Source: Beijerinckiaceae bacterium (lineage in GTDB: Bacteria > Pseudomonadota > Alphaproteobacteria > Rhizobiales > Beijerinckiaceae). From it: a stretch of 64,000 bases of DNA. The stretch lies in the NCBI GenBank assembly GCA_947452005.1, contig CANGBC010000008.1, forward strand, positions 39,690 through 103,689, read 5' to 3'. The notes under the pieces are model-generated. The model worked only from the letters and a program-made list of their open reading frames with translations. It made no database searches and had not been told where the DNA came from. Below, one piece after another: positions 1 through 9,994 of the stretch. Position numbers and translations under genes: made by a program. The stretch's first letter is position 1. Each line of letters begins with the position of its first letter.

Positions 1-80
1 ACGCATCAAATGATCTTGAAAGTTTCTGCCAATACCGACCGCGAAGTCGAGATCATGGCCAACTGAGGGAAGCCACTTCC

Positions 81-317
81 ATGCAGACCTTCTTTGTCGA
101 AATCAAATGCGCACTGGGCCGCACTTATGAAGTGGCGAGCGCGCTGGCTGAAGCTGAAATCGCCTCGGAGATTTATTCGATCGCCGGCCATTACGACATT
201 CTGGCGAAATTCTATGTCGAGAAGGATGTCGACATAGGCCATTTCGTGGGTGAAAAAGTCCAGATCATCCCCGGCATTGCAGACACACGCACCATCATCA
301 CCTTCAAGGCTTTTTGA
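81..317 (+). CDS. Lrp/AsnC ligand-binding domain protein (no HTH)
   Basis: 78 aa; SEIYSIAGHYDILAKF and IPGIADTRTII match the RAM/AsnC C-terminal domain pattern. Confidence 0.8.
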   Translation: MQTFFVEIKCALGRTYEVASALAEAEIASEIYSIAGHYDILAKFYVEKDVDIGHFVGEKVQIIPGIADTRTIITFKAF

Positions 318-341
318 GCCTTTCGAAAAAAGAGCCCCGCC

Positions 342-812
342 ATGAACGACGATACACAGCCCCACTATCTCGATGACCGCATGTTCGTCATGGGCGTCTG
401 GCCGCTGCGCGTGGCCAAGGATGCCGAAGACAATCATCAAAGCGTGGTCTTTTACGACACAACGCCGCCGCAGCCCTCGCTCTGGGCCGTGACCACCTAT
501 CGCAATATTGAGGGCTATCCGATTGTTGGCATCAATCATTTCGAGCGCGAAGACATTGCGCGCGCCTATAAGGCGGGTGTTGAGCCATCGATCCCGCTGA
601 CAAGCCTGGGCGGCCAGTCCCCCAGCACGCCCATGTCGCTAGAAGATTATGCGGCCTGGAAAGCTGAAAACAATTTTGGCGATTTCGATCCCGACAAGGC
701 GCCCCGCCTGCAAGGCAAGGATCGCGGCGACATTGTCATGCAGACGAAAGAGCAATTCACAGCCGGCCTCGAGCAAGTCGCTCGCGCCCTGTCTGGCCCG
801 CCTGAGGCGTAA
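342..812 (+). CDS. hypothetical protein
   Basis: 156-aa ORF with genome-like codon usage; no family recognised. Confidence 0.6.
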   Translation: MNDDTQPHYLDDRMFVMGVWPLRVAKDAEDNHQSVVFYDTTPPQPSLWAVTTYRNIEGYPIVGINHFEREDIARAYKAGVEPSIPLTSLGGQSPSTPMSLEDYAAWKAENNFGDFDPDKAPRLQGKDRGDIVMQTKEQFTAGLEQVARALSGPPEA

Positions 813-815
813 CGC

Positions 816-1100
816 TCAAGCCTTCCGCTTAGACTGTGTGTGATCCGCCGCCAGCGCCATTTCCAGCGCGCGGCGGATGAAGCGCTGATAGGGAATGCCC
901 TCTTCTTTCGCGCGTGCGCGGGCTGCATCCAGCAGGTTTTTGGGCAAACGCATATTCACCCGCTCGCTCTTGGGCTGCAGCTCAAAATGCATGGGTTTGA
1001 ATTGCGAAAAGTCGAGATCAGACAAATCCTGTTCGAGGAAAGCTTCTGCTTCCTCGTCTGTCGTCATCACTGGCACTTTGAGACGACGCTTATTGTCCAT
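816..1100 (-). CDS. BrnA/CopG-family RHH antitoxin
   Basis: MDNKRRLKVP...TDEEAEAFLEQDLSDLDF...RVNMRLPKNLLDAARARAKEEGIPYQRFIRRALE; overlaps end of upstream toxin gene; start moved to ATG at 1100. Confidence 0.85.
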   Translation of the reverse strand: MDNKRRLKVPVMTTDEEAEAFLEQDLSDLDFSQFKPMHFELQPKSERVNMRLPKNLLDAARARAKEEGIPYQRFIRRALEMALAADHTQSKRKA

Positions 1101-1371
1101 AACGCAGCGCCTCCTTGGCGTGCATGTAACGCGCTGAAAAGGGCCTGACGAAGGTCCGCCCATCCTTCACGCGCAGAGTGAACGCTACAAAAACCGGACG
1201 CCTGGCGCGCGTCCGCCCAACTGCAATGAAGCGCTGCTCAACGAGCGAATGAATTTCATCAGGTGCGACCGCCCCATGCTGAAGTACAAACTCGATCTCG
1301 CCCAAGCTCACGCCATGTTTCTGGCATTTGACGCGGTTGGCTGCGTCCCAATCAAAACCATCGAAAACCAT
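1090..1371 (-). CDS. BrnT-family ribonuclease toxin
   Basis: FDWDAANRVKCQKHGVS...EQRFIAVG...VAFTLR...RPFSARYMH is the BrnT pattern. Confidence 0.88.
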   Translation of the reverse strand: MVFDGFDWDAANRVKCQKHGVSLGEIEFVLQHGAVAPDEIHSLVEQRFIAVGRTRARRPVFVAFTLRVKDGRTFVRPFSARYMHAKEALRYGQ

Positions 1372-1445
1372 TCGATCATCTCAAATGTATGTACAAATGT
1401 CAATACAGCCCTAAAAGGGCCTGACCCAAGGGTAATACCCCGCCC

Positions 1446-1537
1446 CCGTCTTTGCGAGCGACGCAAAGCCAACTGGACAACCCGGACTGCGGCCCCTGGA
1501 TTGCCGCGCCGGGCTAAAGCCCTCCTCGCAATGACGG
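1446..1537. repeat. palindromic element family A (degenerate left arm)
   Basis: CCGTCTTTGCGAG...CTGGATTGCCGCG...CCTCGCAATGACGG. Confidence 0.85.
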
Positions 1538-1551
1538 CTACTCGTCGACAC

Positions 1552-1579
1552 AAAAAAGGCGGGCCTAAGCCCGCCTTTA
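1552..1579 (-). terminator. intrinsic terminator of thrS
   Basis: AAAAAAGGCGGGC-CTAA-GCCCGCCTTT hairpin just after the thrS stop. Confidence 0.8.
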
Positions 1580-1585
1580 TAAGAA

Positions 1586-3520
1586 TTACGCCCGCTTCTG
1601 ATCCGGCGGCTCGGCTTCTGCCACCAGCGCTGCCAGCGCCTCGTCCAGTGACATGGATGTCTGCGCCTGCGACCCAAGACGGCGGATCGAAACGCTCTTT
1701 TCAGCCGCCTCTTTCTTGCCGATGCACAACAGCACAGGCGTTTTGGCCAGCGAGTGTTCGCGCACTTTGTAGTTGATCTTCTCATTGCGAAGATCAGCCT
1801 CGATGCGCAAACCCAGCTTGCGCGCTTTCGCAATGATCTCCATCGCGTAATCATCAGCTTCCTGCGTGATCGTGCAGATGGTGATCTGTTGCGGCGAGAG
1901 CCACAGCGGCAGATGACCAGCATGATGCTCGATGAGAATGCCGGTAAAGCGCTCGAGTGAACCAAACATGGCGCGGTGGATCATCACCGGCACGGTCTTT
2001 TCGCTGTCAGGCGCGATGTAGAAAGCGCCAAAGCGGGTCGGCAGATTGAAGTCGACCTGTGTCGTGCCGCATTGCCATTCACGGCCAATCGCATCACGCA
2101 ATGTATATTCAAGCTTGGGGCCATAGAACGCGCCCTCGCCCGGATTGATACCCGTTTTGATGCCACTTTCCGCAACCGTATCGAGCACGCGCTTGAGGGC
2201 TGCCTCTGCCTTGTCCCAGACATCATCTGACCCCACGCGCTTTTCAGGGCGGGTTGAGAGTTTCAGCACGATGTCGGTGAAGCCGAAATCTTCATAGATC
2301 GACATGATGAGATCATTGATCTTCATCGACTCATCCATGATCTGCTCTTCGGTGCAGAAAATATGCGCGTCATCCTGCGTAAACGCACGCACGCGCATAA
2401 TGCCATGTAGTGCGCCAGACGGCTCGTAGCGATGCACCGTGCCAAATTCCGCAATCTTCAGCGGCAGGTCGCGGTACGACTTCAGACCATTTTTGAAGAT
2501 CTGCACGTGACCGGGGCAATTCATCGGCTTCAGGGCAAAGACGCGATCATCTTCCGTCTGCGTGACGAACATGTTTTCGCGATAGGTTTGCCAATGGCCA
2601 GACGTCTCCCACAAAGCGCGGTCGAGCACCTGGGGTGTGTTCACTTCAATATAGCCAGCCTGCTGCTGGCGGCGGCGCATATAGGAAATGAGCGTCTGGA
2701 ACAGCGTCCAGCCCTTTGCGTGCCAGAAGACCGTGCCCGGGCCTTCTTCCTGAAAATGGAACAGATCCATTTCACGCGCCAAGCGACGATGGTCGCGGCG
2801 CTCTGCTTCTTCGAGCTGCGTCAGATAAGCGTCAAGCTCTTCCTGCTTGGCAAAAGCGGTCGCGTAAATGCGCGACAGCATCGGCTTGCTGGAATCACCG
2901 CGCCAATAAGCACCCGCCACTTTCATTAGCTTGAAAGCCGAGCCAATCTTGCCAGTGGACGTCATATGCGGGCCACGGCACAGATCGAGCCAATCGCCCT
3001 GCTTGTAGATTTTCAAATCCTGATCGGCTGGGATGGTTTCGACCAGCTCAACCTTGAAGGCCTCGCCCGCTTTTTCGAAATGCGCAATCGCCTGATCGCG
3101 GCTCCAGACTTCCTTCACGAAGGCTTTGTCCTGAGCGATGATCTCGCGCATCTTCTTTTCAATGGCGGCGAATTCATCAGGCGTGAAGGGCTCAGCGCGG
3201 AAGAAGTCGTAATAGAAACCATTGTCGATCACAGGGCCGATGGTGACCTGCGTGCCGGGATAGAGCGCTTGCACGGCTTCCGCGAGCACATGGGCGCAAT
3301 CATGGCGGATCAATTCCAGCGCGCGCGGGTCTTCGCGATTGATGAATTCGATTTTGGCATCCTGCGCGATCGGATCGCAGAGATCGGTCACAACCCCATC
3401 AAGCGCCATGGCGACAGTCCGCTTGGCCAATGAGGGTGAAATGGATTTGGCAATGTCGAAGCCGGTCACACCGGGTTCAAACTGGCGCTGCGCGCCGTCC
3501 GGGAAAGTCACGGAAATCAT
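1586..3520 (-). CDS. thrS: threonine--tRNA ligase
   Basis: 644 aa; TGS N-terminus, [32 protein letters not shown] motifs. Confidence 0.99.
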   Translation of the reverse strand: MISVTFPDGAQRQFEPGVTGFDIAKSISPSLAKRTVAMALDGVVTDLCDPIAQDAKIEFINREDPRALELIRHDCAHVLAEAVQALYPGTQVTIGPVIDNGFYYDFFRAEPFTPDEFAAIEKKMREIIAQDKAFVKEVWSRDQAIAHFEKAGEAFKVELVETIPADQDLKIYKQGDWLDLCRGPHMTSTGKIGSAFKLMKVAGAYWRGDSSKPMLSRIYATAFAKQEELDAYLTQLEEAERRDHRRLAREMDLFHFQEEGPGTVFWHAKGWTLFQTLISYMRRRQQQAGYIEVNTPQVLDRALWETSGHWQTYRENMFVTQTEDDRVFALKPMNCPGHVQIFKNGLKSYRDLPLKIAEFGTVHRYEPSGALHGIMRVRAFTQDDAHIFCTEEQIMDESMKINDLIMSIYEDFGFTDIVLKLSTRPEKRVGSDDVWDKAEAALKRVLDTVAESGIKTGINPGEGAFYGPKLEYTLRDAIGREWQCGTTQVDFNLPTRFGAFYIAPDSEKTVPVMIHRAMFGSLERFTGILIEHHAGHLPLWLSPQQITICTITQEADDYAMEIIAKARKLGLRIEADLRNEKINYKVREHSLAKTPVLLCIGKKEAAEKSVSIRRLGSQAQTSMSLDEALAALVAEAEPPDQKRA

Positions 3521-3533
3521 ATCGTCTCCTGTT

Positions 3534-3563
3534 GCTCACTCGCCGATACGAGTCGGCGTAAGC
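3534..3563 (-). promoter_or_regulatory. putative thrS translational operator hairpin (anticodon mimic)
   Basis: mRNA GCUUA-CGCCGA-[CUCGUA]-UCGGCG-(AG)-UGAGC, ending 3 nt before the AGGAG Shine-Dalgarno. Confidence 0.55.
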
Positions 3564-3615
3564 GGGATTGCTCTGCTGGGCGGAATAGCCGATCGGGCGC
3601 GGGGGGCGCAAGCGG

Positions 3616-3921
3616 CTATGGGTCGACAGACTCACAGCGCCAGCGCCCATAGCGCCATGGCGTGAGCGTGGTGGCGCCCTCAGGGCGCTCATGCGGGATA
3701 GGGTCATAGCCAGCCCCACCCCATGGGGTGCAGCGGCAGATACGCGCGAGCCCCATCCAGCCGCCAGCCCACAGGCCGTGGGTCTGGATGGCCTCATCCG
3801 TATAGTCCGAGCAGCTTGGCATGTAGCGGCATTGCCGCCCGATGAGGGAGGAGAGCGTCAGCTGATAGGCCCGGATGGCTAAATGCGCGAGACGTCGAGG
3901 CCAGAGCGCCAGAGGGATCAC
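3616..3921 (-). CDS. yidD: membrane protein insertion efficiency factor
   Basis: IRAYQ...CRYMPSCSDY...RICRCTPWGGAGYDP. Confidence 0.95.
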   Translation of the reverse strand: MIPLALWPRRLAHLAIRAYQLTLSSLIGRQCRYMPSCSDYTDEAIQTHGLWAGGWMGLARICRCTPWGGAGYDPIPHERPEGATTLTPWRYGRWRCESVDP

Positions 3922-4355
3922 CCCGCCCTCGCAGCGTCGATCTGGTCGAGCGCCGAGACCACCGCATCAAAGGTCAGCAATGTGGAGGCATGTCGAGCCT
4001 TGTAGTCGCGTACCGGCTCCAGAACGGCACAATCGGCCCATTTGCCGGACGGGGGCGCCCCATTCTCCTTGAGCATGGCGCGGACCGCCTCGCGCACGCT
4101 CCGCAGCTCGTCGGGCGTAGCCCCCACGACATTGCGGGCCATGATCGATGAGGAGGCCTGCCCCAGCGCACAGGCCTTCACGTCATGGGCGAAATCGGTA
4201 ACTTTACCCTCAGACAGCTTCAGGTCGATGGTCACAGTCGAGCCGCATAGCTTGGAATGGGCGGTCGCTGAGGCGTCCGGTGCCGACAGCCGCCCCAGGC
4301 GGGGGATGTCCCCGGCCAGTTCCAGAATGCGGCGGTTGTAAATATCATTCAACAT
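3918..4355 (-). CDS. IscU/NifU-like Fe-S cluster scaffold protein
   Basis: MLNDIYNRRILELA...SKLCGS...VKACALGQAS...RHASTLL; start at ATG 4355. Confidence 0.9.
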   Translation of the reverse strand: MLNDIYNRRILELAGDIPRLGRLSAPDASATAHSKLCGSTVTIDLKLSEGKVTDFAHDVKACALGQASSSIMARNVVGATPDELRSVREAVRAMLKENGAPPSGKWADCAVLEPVRDYKARHASTLLTFDAVVSALDQIDAARAG

Positions 4356-4526
4356 AAGGGTGACCTGACAGGAGACTGATTTTACCCTTATATAGGGAGG
4401 CGGTGGCGCTGACGAGAAGGGCATGCCCCGGACCGATCGAAGAAAATGACGTTTCCCGACTGGTCCAAGCTTAAATCGCTCCCGTAACTTCAATGAATTC
4501 CTGCAACCCTCAATTGGAGGCGCCAC

Positions 4527-5159
4527 ATGGATGCCGTGGTTAAGACCTTGCCTGCTCGCAAAATGAAGCCTGCCGTCGAACCCGCCGTGCGCCCTAGCCG
4601 GGAAGAAGCGGAAGCAGCGGTGCGCGTTTTGCTGCGCTGGGCTGGTGACAATCCTGCGCGCGAAGGGCTGATCGACACGCCCAAGCGTGTCGTCAAAGCT
4701 TATGAAGAGCTGTTTGGCGGATACAAGGAAAACGCCAAAGAGCATCTTGAGCGCGTCTTCGAGGAAGTAGAAGGTTATGACGATATGGTGCTGGTGCGCG
4801 ATATCGGCTTCGCTTCGCATTGCGAACACCACATGGTGCCCTTCATAGGCAAGGCGCATATTGCCTATTACCCGTCGGAAGGCGTGGTCGGCCTCTCCAA
4901 GCTCGCTCGCGTGGTCGAGACTTATGCCCGTCGCCTCCAGACGCAAGAAACCATGACCGCCCAGGTGACGGAAGCCATTGACTCTGTGCTCAAGCCGCGC
5001 GGCATTGCCGTGATGATTGAGGCCGAACACATGTGCATGTCGATGCGCGGCATTCAGAAACAGGGGGCCTCCACGGTCACCACCCAGTTCACGGGCGTCT
5101 TTCGAGATGACCCGTCGGAGCAAGCCCGCTTTTATACGCTGCTGCGCGGCTTCAAATAA
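4527..5159 (+). CDS. folE: GTP cyclohydrolase I
   Basis: [37 protein letters not shown]. Confidence 0.98.
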   Translation: MDAVVKTLPARKMKPAVEPAVRPSREEAEAAVRVLLRWAGDNPAREGLIDTPKRVVKAYEELFGGYKENAKEHLERVFEEVEGYDDMVLVRDIGFASHCEHHMVPFIGKAHIAYYPSEGVVGLSKLARVVETYARRLQTQETMTAQVTEAIDSVLKPRGIAVMIEAEHMCMSMRGIQKQGASTVTTQFTGVFRDDPSEQARFYTLLRGFK

Positions 5160-5160
5160 G

Positions 5161-5189
5161 AAAAGGCGGGCTCAAGACCCGCCTTTTTT
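5161..5189 (+). terminator. intrinsic terminator after folE
   Basis: AAAAGGCGGG-CTCAAGA-CCCGCCTTTTTT. Confidence 0.8.
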
Positions 5190-5225
5190 ATTGCCTCTTT
5201 TGTCCCCCCTGCGCGCGCCCCGCGC

Positions 5226-5310
5226 CGCCATTGCGAGGAGCGTGAGCTCCGAAGCAATCCAGAGGCGTCACGGGTGGCTTCTGGATTGCTTCGCTTCGCT
5301 CGCAATGAAG
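5226..5310. repeat. palindromic element family A
   Basis: CGCCATTGCGAGGAG...GAAGCAATCCAG...CTGGATTGCTTCGCTTCGCTCGCAATGAAG. Confidence 0.9.
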
Positions 5311-5358
5311 ACACCCATCCGTTATAAAGGCCGCGAATTCATTTCAACGCAGGCTCCC

Positions 5359-5772
5359 ATGACCGCCTCCCCTTTCGCCGCCCGCGGCACCAAAGACCAG
5401 ATCGAAGAAGGTGCCGCGTTTGCGCCCAAATTCGATCGTGACGGACTGATCGTCTGCGTGACGCGCGAGCGGCTGAGCGGCGATATTCTCATGGTTGCCT
5501 ATATGAATGACGAGGCGCTGCGCCTGACACTGGAAACCGGTGTCGCGCATTACTGGTCGCGCTCGCGCAAGGCGATGTGGCGCAAAGGCGATACGTCTGG
5601 ACAGGTTCAAACCGTTGTCGAAATGCGCACCGATTGTGATCAGGACGCGATTGAGCTGATCGTCAAGGCGGGTGGCGATGGCAAGGCTTGCCACACAGGT
5701 CGGCGCTCGTGCTTTTACCGCAAGGTCGAGCGCGCCGCCGATGGCAGCGTCGCTTTGTCGATCACGGAATAA
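5359..5772 (+). CDS. hisI: phosphoribosyl-AMP cyclohydrolase
   Basis: [28 protein letters not shown]; start at ATG 5359. Confidence 0.96.
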   Translation: MTASPFAARGTKDQIEEGAAFAPKFDRDGLIVCVTRERLSGDILMVAYMNDEALRLTLETGVAHYWSRSRKAMWRKGDTSGQVQTVVEMRTDCDQDAIELIVKAGGDGKACHTGRRSCFYRKVERAADGSVALSITE

Positions 5773-5778
5773 GCGCGC

Positions 5779-6210
5779 TCAAGCCGTCGCAATATAATCC
5801 TTCAGCGCACGTTGCTCGGCTTCAAATTCCATCAGGCGATGATTGACCACGTCGCCGATGGAGACGAGACCTTTCAGACGTCCGCCCTCGACAATCGGCA
5901 CATGGCGGAAACGCCCGCTCGTCATCTTTTCCATCAAGGCATTGATCGTCGTGCCCTCATGTGCGGTCACCACACGCTCCGTCATGTGATTGGCGACCAT
6001 ATCGCCCAGCGCCTGGGGCCCGCGCGCGGCAATCGCGCGCACAATATCACGCTCGGAAATCATGCCCGTGACGCGACCATCATGATCGGTGACGACCAGC
6101 GCGCCGATATTTTGGGTGGAAAGCTGAACAGAGACTTCATGCAAAGTCTGCTCGGGTGCGACCGTTGCGACAAGACGGCCTTTCACTGCGAGAATGCGCG
6201 ACACTGTCAT
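5779..6210 (-). CDS. CBS domain protein
   Basis: MTVSRILAVKG...IGALVV...GMISERDIV...RFRHVPIV...GLVSIGDVV. Confidence 0.92.
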   Translation of the reverse strand: MTVSRILAVKGRLVATVAPEQTLHEVSVQLSTQNIGALVVTDHDGRVTGMISERDIVRAIAARGPQALGDMVANHMTERVVTAHEGTTINALMEKMTSGRFRHVPIVEGGRLKGLVSIGDVVNHRLMEFEAEQRALKDYIATA

Positions 6211-6302
6211 GGCATTCGTCCTCCCCTGCTGATGCAGGATAACGAGGATGAGCGCAAAAAAGACGCAGAGCAAGATGCGTCACCTTCGCCTTTCGGTGAG
6301 GT

Positions 6303-7112
6303 TCACCGAAACTGGAAATAGAAATCCGATCTCTTGGGATCGAAGAGCGAAAAAAGCAGAAGGCCTGCGAGAAACCCACCCACATGGGCCTGCCAGGCCA
6401 CGCTGCCTTCGCTCAAACCCAGCGGTTGCGCGCCGACACCAAAAATCAGATTCGAAACAAACCAGAAAATGATGAAAGTCAGCACACGCCTTTCGCGCAG
6501 CACGTAACGCAGCGGTAAAGCTGGCAGTTGATAGGCCAGAGGCTCGTCGGGCCGCAAAGCCAAAGCCCGACCCAGCGGCGCACCCGGCTGAAAGACAAAG
6601 CGCAACGCGGCCCCCATCGCGCCCGACACAGCCGCAGAGGCCCCAATCATTGGTGTGGCGTCGTAAAGGTGGAACGCATGATGCGTGGCTGTTCCCGCCA
6701 GCGCGGTGACAATAAACAGGCCGATAAAACGCCAGCTGCCAAAGCGGCGCGCCACAGGCGCACCAAAGGCTGCAAGCCAGATCGAATTCAAACCGAAATG
6801 CGACCAATCCGCATGCAAGAAGGCATAGCTGAGCGGTGTCCATGGCTGGAACGACCCATCGCCAAAAAAGAATCCGGCAATTTCGATTTCGTCGCCACCC
6901 TTGAGTGCAATGGCGCGCAGATGCGCGGCCACACCATAGGCATCAAACAAAGTGGTGAGGCGTGCTGGCACAAAGGCAAAGGCGCGCAGCAGCTCCAGAT
7001 CTTCTTCATTGGAGAGCAGATGCAGGCGGAAGGCATGGATCGCCCCCATCGCCACGATCAGCCACAGGATGACGCCCGGCAGATTGAAAAGGCGCTCGCG
7101 TGGCTCTCTCAA
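6303..7112 (-). CDS. rhomboid intramembrane serine protease
   Basis: FLHADWSHFGLN, IGASAAVSG, AWQAHVGG; TTG start uncertain. Confidence 0.92.
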   Translation of the reverse strand: MREPRERLFNLPGVILWLIVAMGAIHAFRLHLLSNEEDLELLRAFAFVPARLTTLFDAYGVAAHLRAIALKGGDEIEIAGFFFGDGSFQPWTPLSYAFLHADWSHFGLNSIWLAAFGAPVARRFGSWRFIGLFIVTALAGTATHHAFHLYDATPMIGASAAVSGAMGAALRFVFQPGAPLGRALALRPDEPLAYQLPALPLRYVLRERRVLTFIIFWFVSNLIFGVGAQPLGLSEGSVAWQAHVGGFLAGLLLFSLFDPKRSDFYFQFR

Positions 7113-7130
7113 GGCGACATAATCTCCGCT

Positions 7131-7661
7131 TTAGCCGATCTGTTTCATCTCGCGCGCAAAGCGCTGCCAATTGGCAACGTAACGATCGGCCGAACGGCGC
7201 AGACCCTCAATGGCTTTGTCATCAAGCGTGCGCACGACTTTGGCGGGCGATCCCACAATCAGTGAATTGTCGGGAAATTCCTTGCCCTCGGTCACCAAAG
7301 CATTGGCGCCCACCAAGCAGTTCTTGCCGATCTTCACATTGTTCAAAATTGTCGCGCCCATGCCAACCAGCGAATTGTCGCCAATCACGCAGCCATGCAG
7401 GATCGCGCTATGACCAATGGTGCAGCCTTCGCCCACCACAAGCGGGGCACCGGGGTCGGTGTGCATCACCGTGCCCTCCTGCACATTGGAGCGCGCGCCG
7501 ATGGAGATCCACTCATTGTCGCCGCGCAGCGTGACGCCAAACCAGATGCCAACATTTGCGCCGAGCTTCACCTTGCCAATCAGATTGGCATCGGGTGCCA
7601 CCCAGTAACTGCCCTCTTCGGGAAGATCAGGCGTCAGATCGCCCAGCGCATAGATCGGCAT
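7131..7661 (-). CDS. gamma carbonic anhydrase family protein
   Basis: LRGDNE, NVQEG, GHSAILHGC and hexapeptide repeats. Confidence 0.93.
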   Translation of the reverse strand: MPIYALGDLTPDLPEEGSYWVAPDANLIGKVKLGANVGIWFGVTLRGDNEWISIGARSNVQEGTVMHTDPGAPLVVGEGCTIGHSAILHGCVIGDNSLVGMGATILNNVKIGKNCLVGANALVTEGKEFPDNSLIVGSPAKVVRTLDDKAIEGLRRSADRYVANWQRFAREMKQIG

Positions 7662-7675
7662 GCCAAACTCCGAAA

Positions 7676-8077
7676 TCAGAAATCATCCAGATCGAAATCG
7701 AGGATCGCCATTTGCAGCGTGAAGCTCTTGCCCTTGGGATCATCGGCAGAAATCACGCCCAGAAAATCCTCGCCATGGTTCAGCTCAACGGAATCGGCCT
7801 TGCGCATGCGCGCGACGATCGTGAGCTTGTCGTTTTCAAACAGCATGCGCAGATATTCCTGCAGCGTCTCGCGCCCAACCGGGATCTTCATCTCGAAAGA
7901 GAAAGAGCGGTCGCCATCTTCATCATCGACATCGATGCCGCCAATACGACGTTCGCCAAAATGCACATCGGCAGAATCGACATTCTTGGGATTCAAGGCC
8001 ACGCGCAGAGATTCATTGCCGAAGGAGTGACGCAGAAATCCCTGCAGCTTGCGAAGTTCGGTCTTCTCCAAAGGCAT
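7676..8077 (-). CDS. DUF3126-family protein, tandem two-domain form
   Basis: two similar halves (LQGFLRHSFGNE...DSADV...RSFSFEM and LQEYLRMLFEND...DSVEL...KSFTLQMAILDFDL). Confidence 0.75.
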   Translation of the reverse strand: MPLEKTELRKLQGFLRHSFGNESLRVALNPKNVDSADVHFGERRIGGIDVDDEDGDRSFSFEMKIPVGRETLQEYLRMLFENDKLTIVARMRKADSVELNHGEDFLGVISADDPKGKSFTLQMAILDFDLDDF

Positions 8078-8156
8078 ATTCCAAATCCCGTTCTGTGTTT
8101 CAATTTTGCAAGCGCTTTGCCAGAAAAGCACCCTGCCCGCAAGCGCGCGCCAGTCT

Positions 8157-8984
8157 CTAGACTTCCAGCTTGTCGGCGAGGATCTGATCCATCGAGCGCG
8201 AGGGCTCGGCGCAGCCAGCCTCACCCACAACGCGCGCAGGCACGCCCGCCACTGTTTTGTTGTTGGGCACCGAGGCCAGCACAACAGAGCCCGCTGCCAC
8301 GCGTGCGCAATGTCCGACTTCGATATTGCCCAGAATTTTCGCGCCCGCACCGATCAGCACGCCCCAACGGATTTTGGGATGACGATCACCGCGTTCCTTG
8401 CCCGTGCCACCCAGCGTCACATCCTGCAAGATCGACACGTCATCTTCGATGACGGCGGTGGAGCCCACCACGAGACCTGTGGCGTGATCGAGAAAAACTC
8501 CTTTGCCAAGTTTGGCAGCCGGATGCACATCGGTCTGAAACACTTCGGAGGAGCGCGCCTGCAGATAGAGCGCGAAATCCTTGCGGCCACGGTTCCACAT
8601 CCAATGCGCGAGACGATGCGTCTGCAGCGCGTGAAAACCTTTGAAATAAAGCACCGGCTCAATGAGGCGCATGCAGGCGGGATCACGATCCGCCACCGCC
8701 AGAATATCAGCGCGGAAGGCTTCGCCCAGCGTTGCGTCTTCTGCAATCGCATCCATGTAATGGGCGCGGATCAAAGCACCGGGCACGGCGGTATGGTCAA
8801 GACGGGCCGCGACACGGTCGGCAACGATCTCTTCCAGCGAACCCAGATTGAGAATGGCCGGACGGATGAAGCCAGCCAGTTCGGGCTCGCGCGCCATCGC
8901 GTCCTCGGCCTCTGTCTGAAGCCGCAAAAATATCGGATCGGCCTGCCCACCGGGGGCGATTGTAGCCGTCTGCGCCTGCGCCAT
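8157..8984 (-). CDS. cysE: serine O-acetyltransferase
   Basis: DRDPAC, YFKGFHALQTHR, DHATG, TLGGTGKERGDRHPK. Confidence 0.98.
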   Translation of the reverse strand: MAQAQTATIAPGGQADPIFLRLQTEAEDAMAREPELAGFIRPAILNLGSLEEIVADRVAARLDHTAVPGALIRAHYMDAIAEDATLGEAFRADILAVADRDPACMRLIEPVLYFKGFHALQTHRLAHWMWNRGRKDFALYLQARSSEVFQTDVHPAAKLGKGVFLDHATGLVVGSTAVIEDDVSILQDVTLGGTGKERGDRHPKIRWGVLIGAGAKILGNIEVGHCARVAAGSVVLASVPNNKTVAGVPARVVGEAGCAEPSRSMDQILADKLEV

Positions 8985-9049
8985 ACCAAACTCCTTATAC
9001 GCCTTGTTGTTCTAGCACGCCCCGCCCACAAAGGGCGAGCGCTGCCAGA

Positions 9050-9826
9050 TCACGGACGCTCCTTCAGGAAGGCCAGCACGCCTTCCTTGTAAACCTTGTC
9101 ACCCACCGCAAGATTGTGGTCGCGGCCGGGAATATCCAGCGCCCTGGCGCCGGGAATGAGGGCCGCCGCCTCATGCGGATTGCCCGCCACATCATCCTTG
9201 GTGCCCACCGCAATCAGAACCGGCACGCGGATGGCGCCGGCCTCTTCGGTCGTCAACGTCTGGCGTGAGCCACGGATGCAGGCCGCCAAGGCGCCCAAGT
9301 CGCTCTTGGTCTGCTCGGCAAAGGCACGAAACATCCGCTGCATCGGGTCGGTCAGCCCATCGAGCGAGGGCGCCTCCATGGCGTCCGCAATCCCCATCGG
9401 CAGGCCAAGCCCATCGACCAGATGATGACCCAGCCCACCCAGAATCGCTGAGCGGACATATTCGCGGTGATTGAGCGCCAAAAAGGCGGTGATCCGCGCG
9501 CCCATGGAATAGCCCATGACATCGATCTTGCCGAGCTTGAGGTGCTCGATAAGGCGGCGCGCATCCTCGGCCATGGTGGCCGTGTGATAGAGCGCCGGGT
9601 CGTAGACCTTCTGGCTGGCGCCATGGCCGCGATTGTCCAGCGCAATGACGCGTCGGCCCGCATGGGTCAGAAACTTCACCCAGAGCGTATTGACCCAATT
9701 GACGGCATGGTTGGAGCCAAAGCCATGGATCAGCAGAATGGGCTCGCCAATGTCAGGCCCGGTTGGGGCATGGTCGATATAGGCAATTTGCAGCCCGTCT
9801 GAATTGAAAAAGTGCATCTGGGGCAT
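9050..9826 (-). CDS. alpha/beta hydrolase
   Basis: LLIHGF, DNRGHG, GYSMG nucleophile elbow; start ATG 9826 or 9817. Confidence 0.9.
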   Translation of the reverse strand: MPQMHFFNSDGLQIAYIDHAPTGPDIGEPILLIHGFGSNHAVNWVNTLWVKFLTHAGRRVIALDNRGHGASQKVYDPALYHTATMAEDARRLIEHLKLGKIDVMGYSMGARITAFLALNHREYVRSAILGGLGHHLVDGLGLPMGIADAMEAPSLDGLTDPMQRMFRAFAEQTKSDLGALAACIRGSRQTLTTEEAGAIRVPVLIAVGTKDDVAGNPHEAAALIPGARALDIPGRDHNLAVGDKVYKEGVLAFLKERP

Positions 9827-9994
9827 CCGGGGAAACGGGCGCGGACCATAGCGAATGGCTGCGGCCGGGTGAAGGGCGTCTGCAAGCCACCCTAGAGGCA
9901 GGGGGTTAAGCCTTTTTGACCCTACCCAAGGCGGCTTCCCTCGCTTATGGTACGCGCCATCCAACACCCATCCAGACGCACGGATTCCCAAGCC

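Noticed and set aside
1137-1425. 13-bp direct repeat AAAAGGGCCTGAC at 1137 and 1413
   Set aside because: One copy is inside brnT and the pair does not bound a sensible unit; compatible with chance.
7109-7120. Mini-ORF ATG TCG CCT TGA overlapping the rhomboid TTG start
   Set aside because: Too short to assess; could be chance or a single-base error at the gene start.
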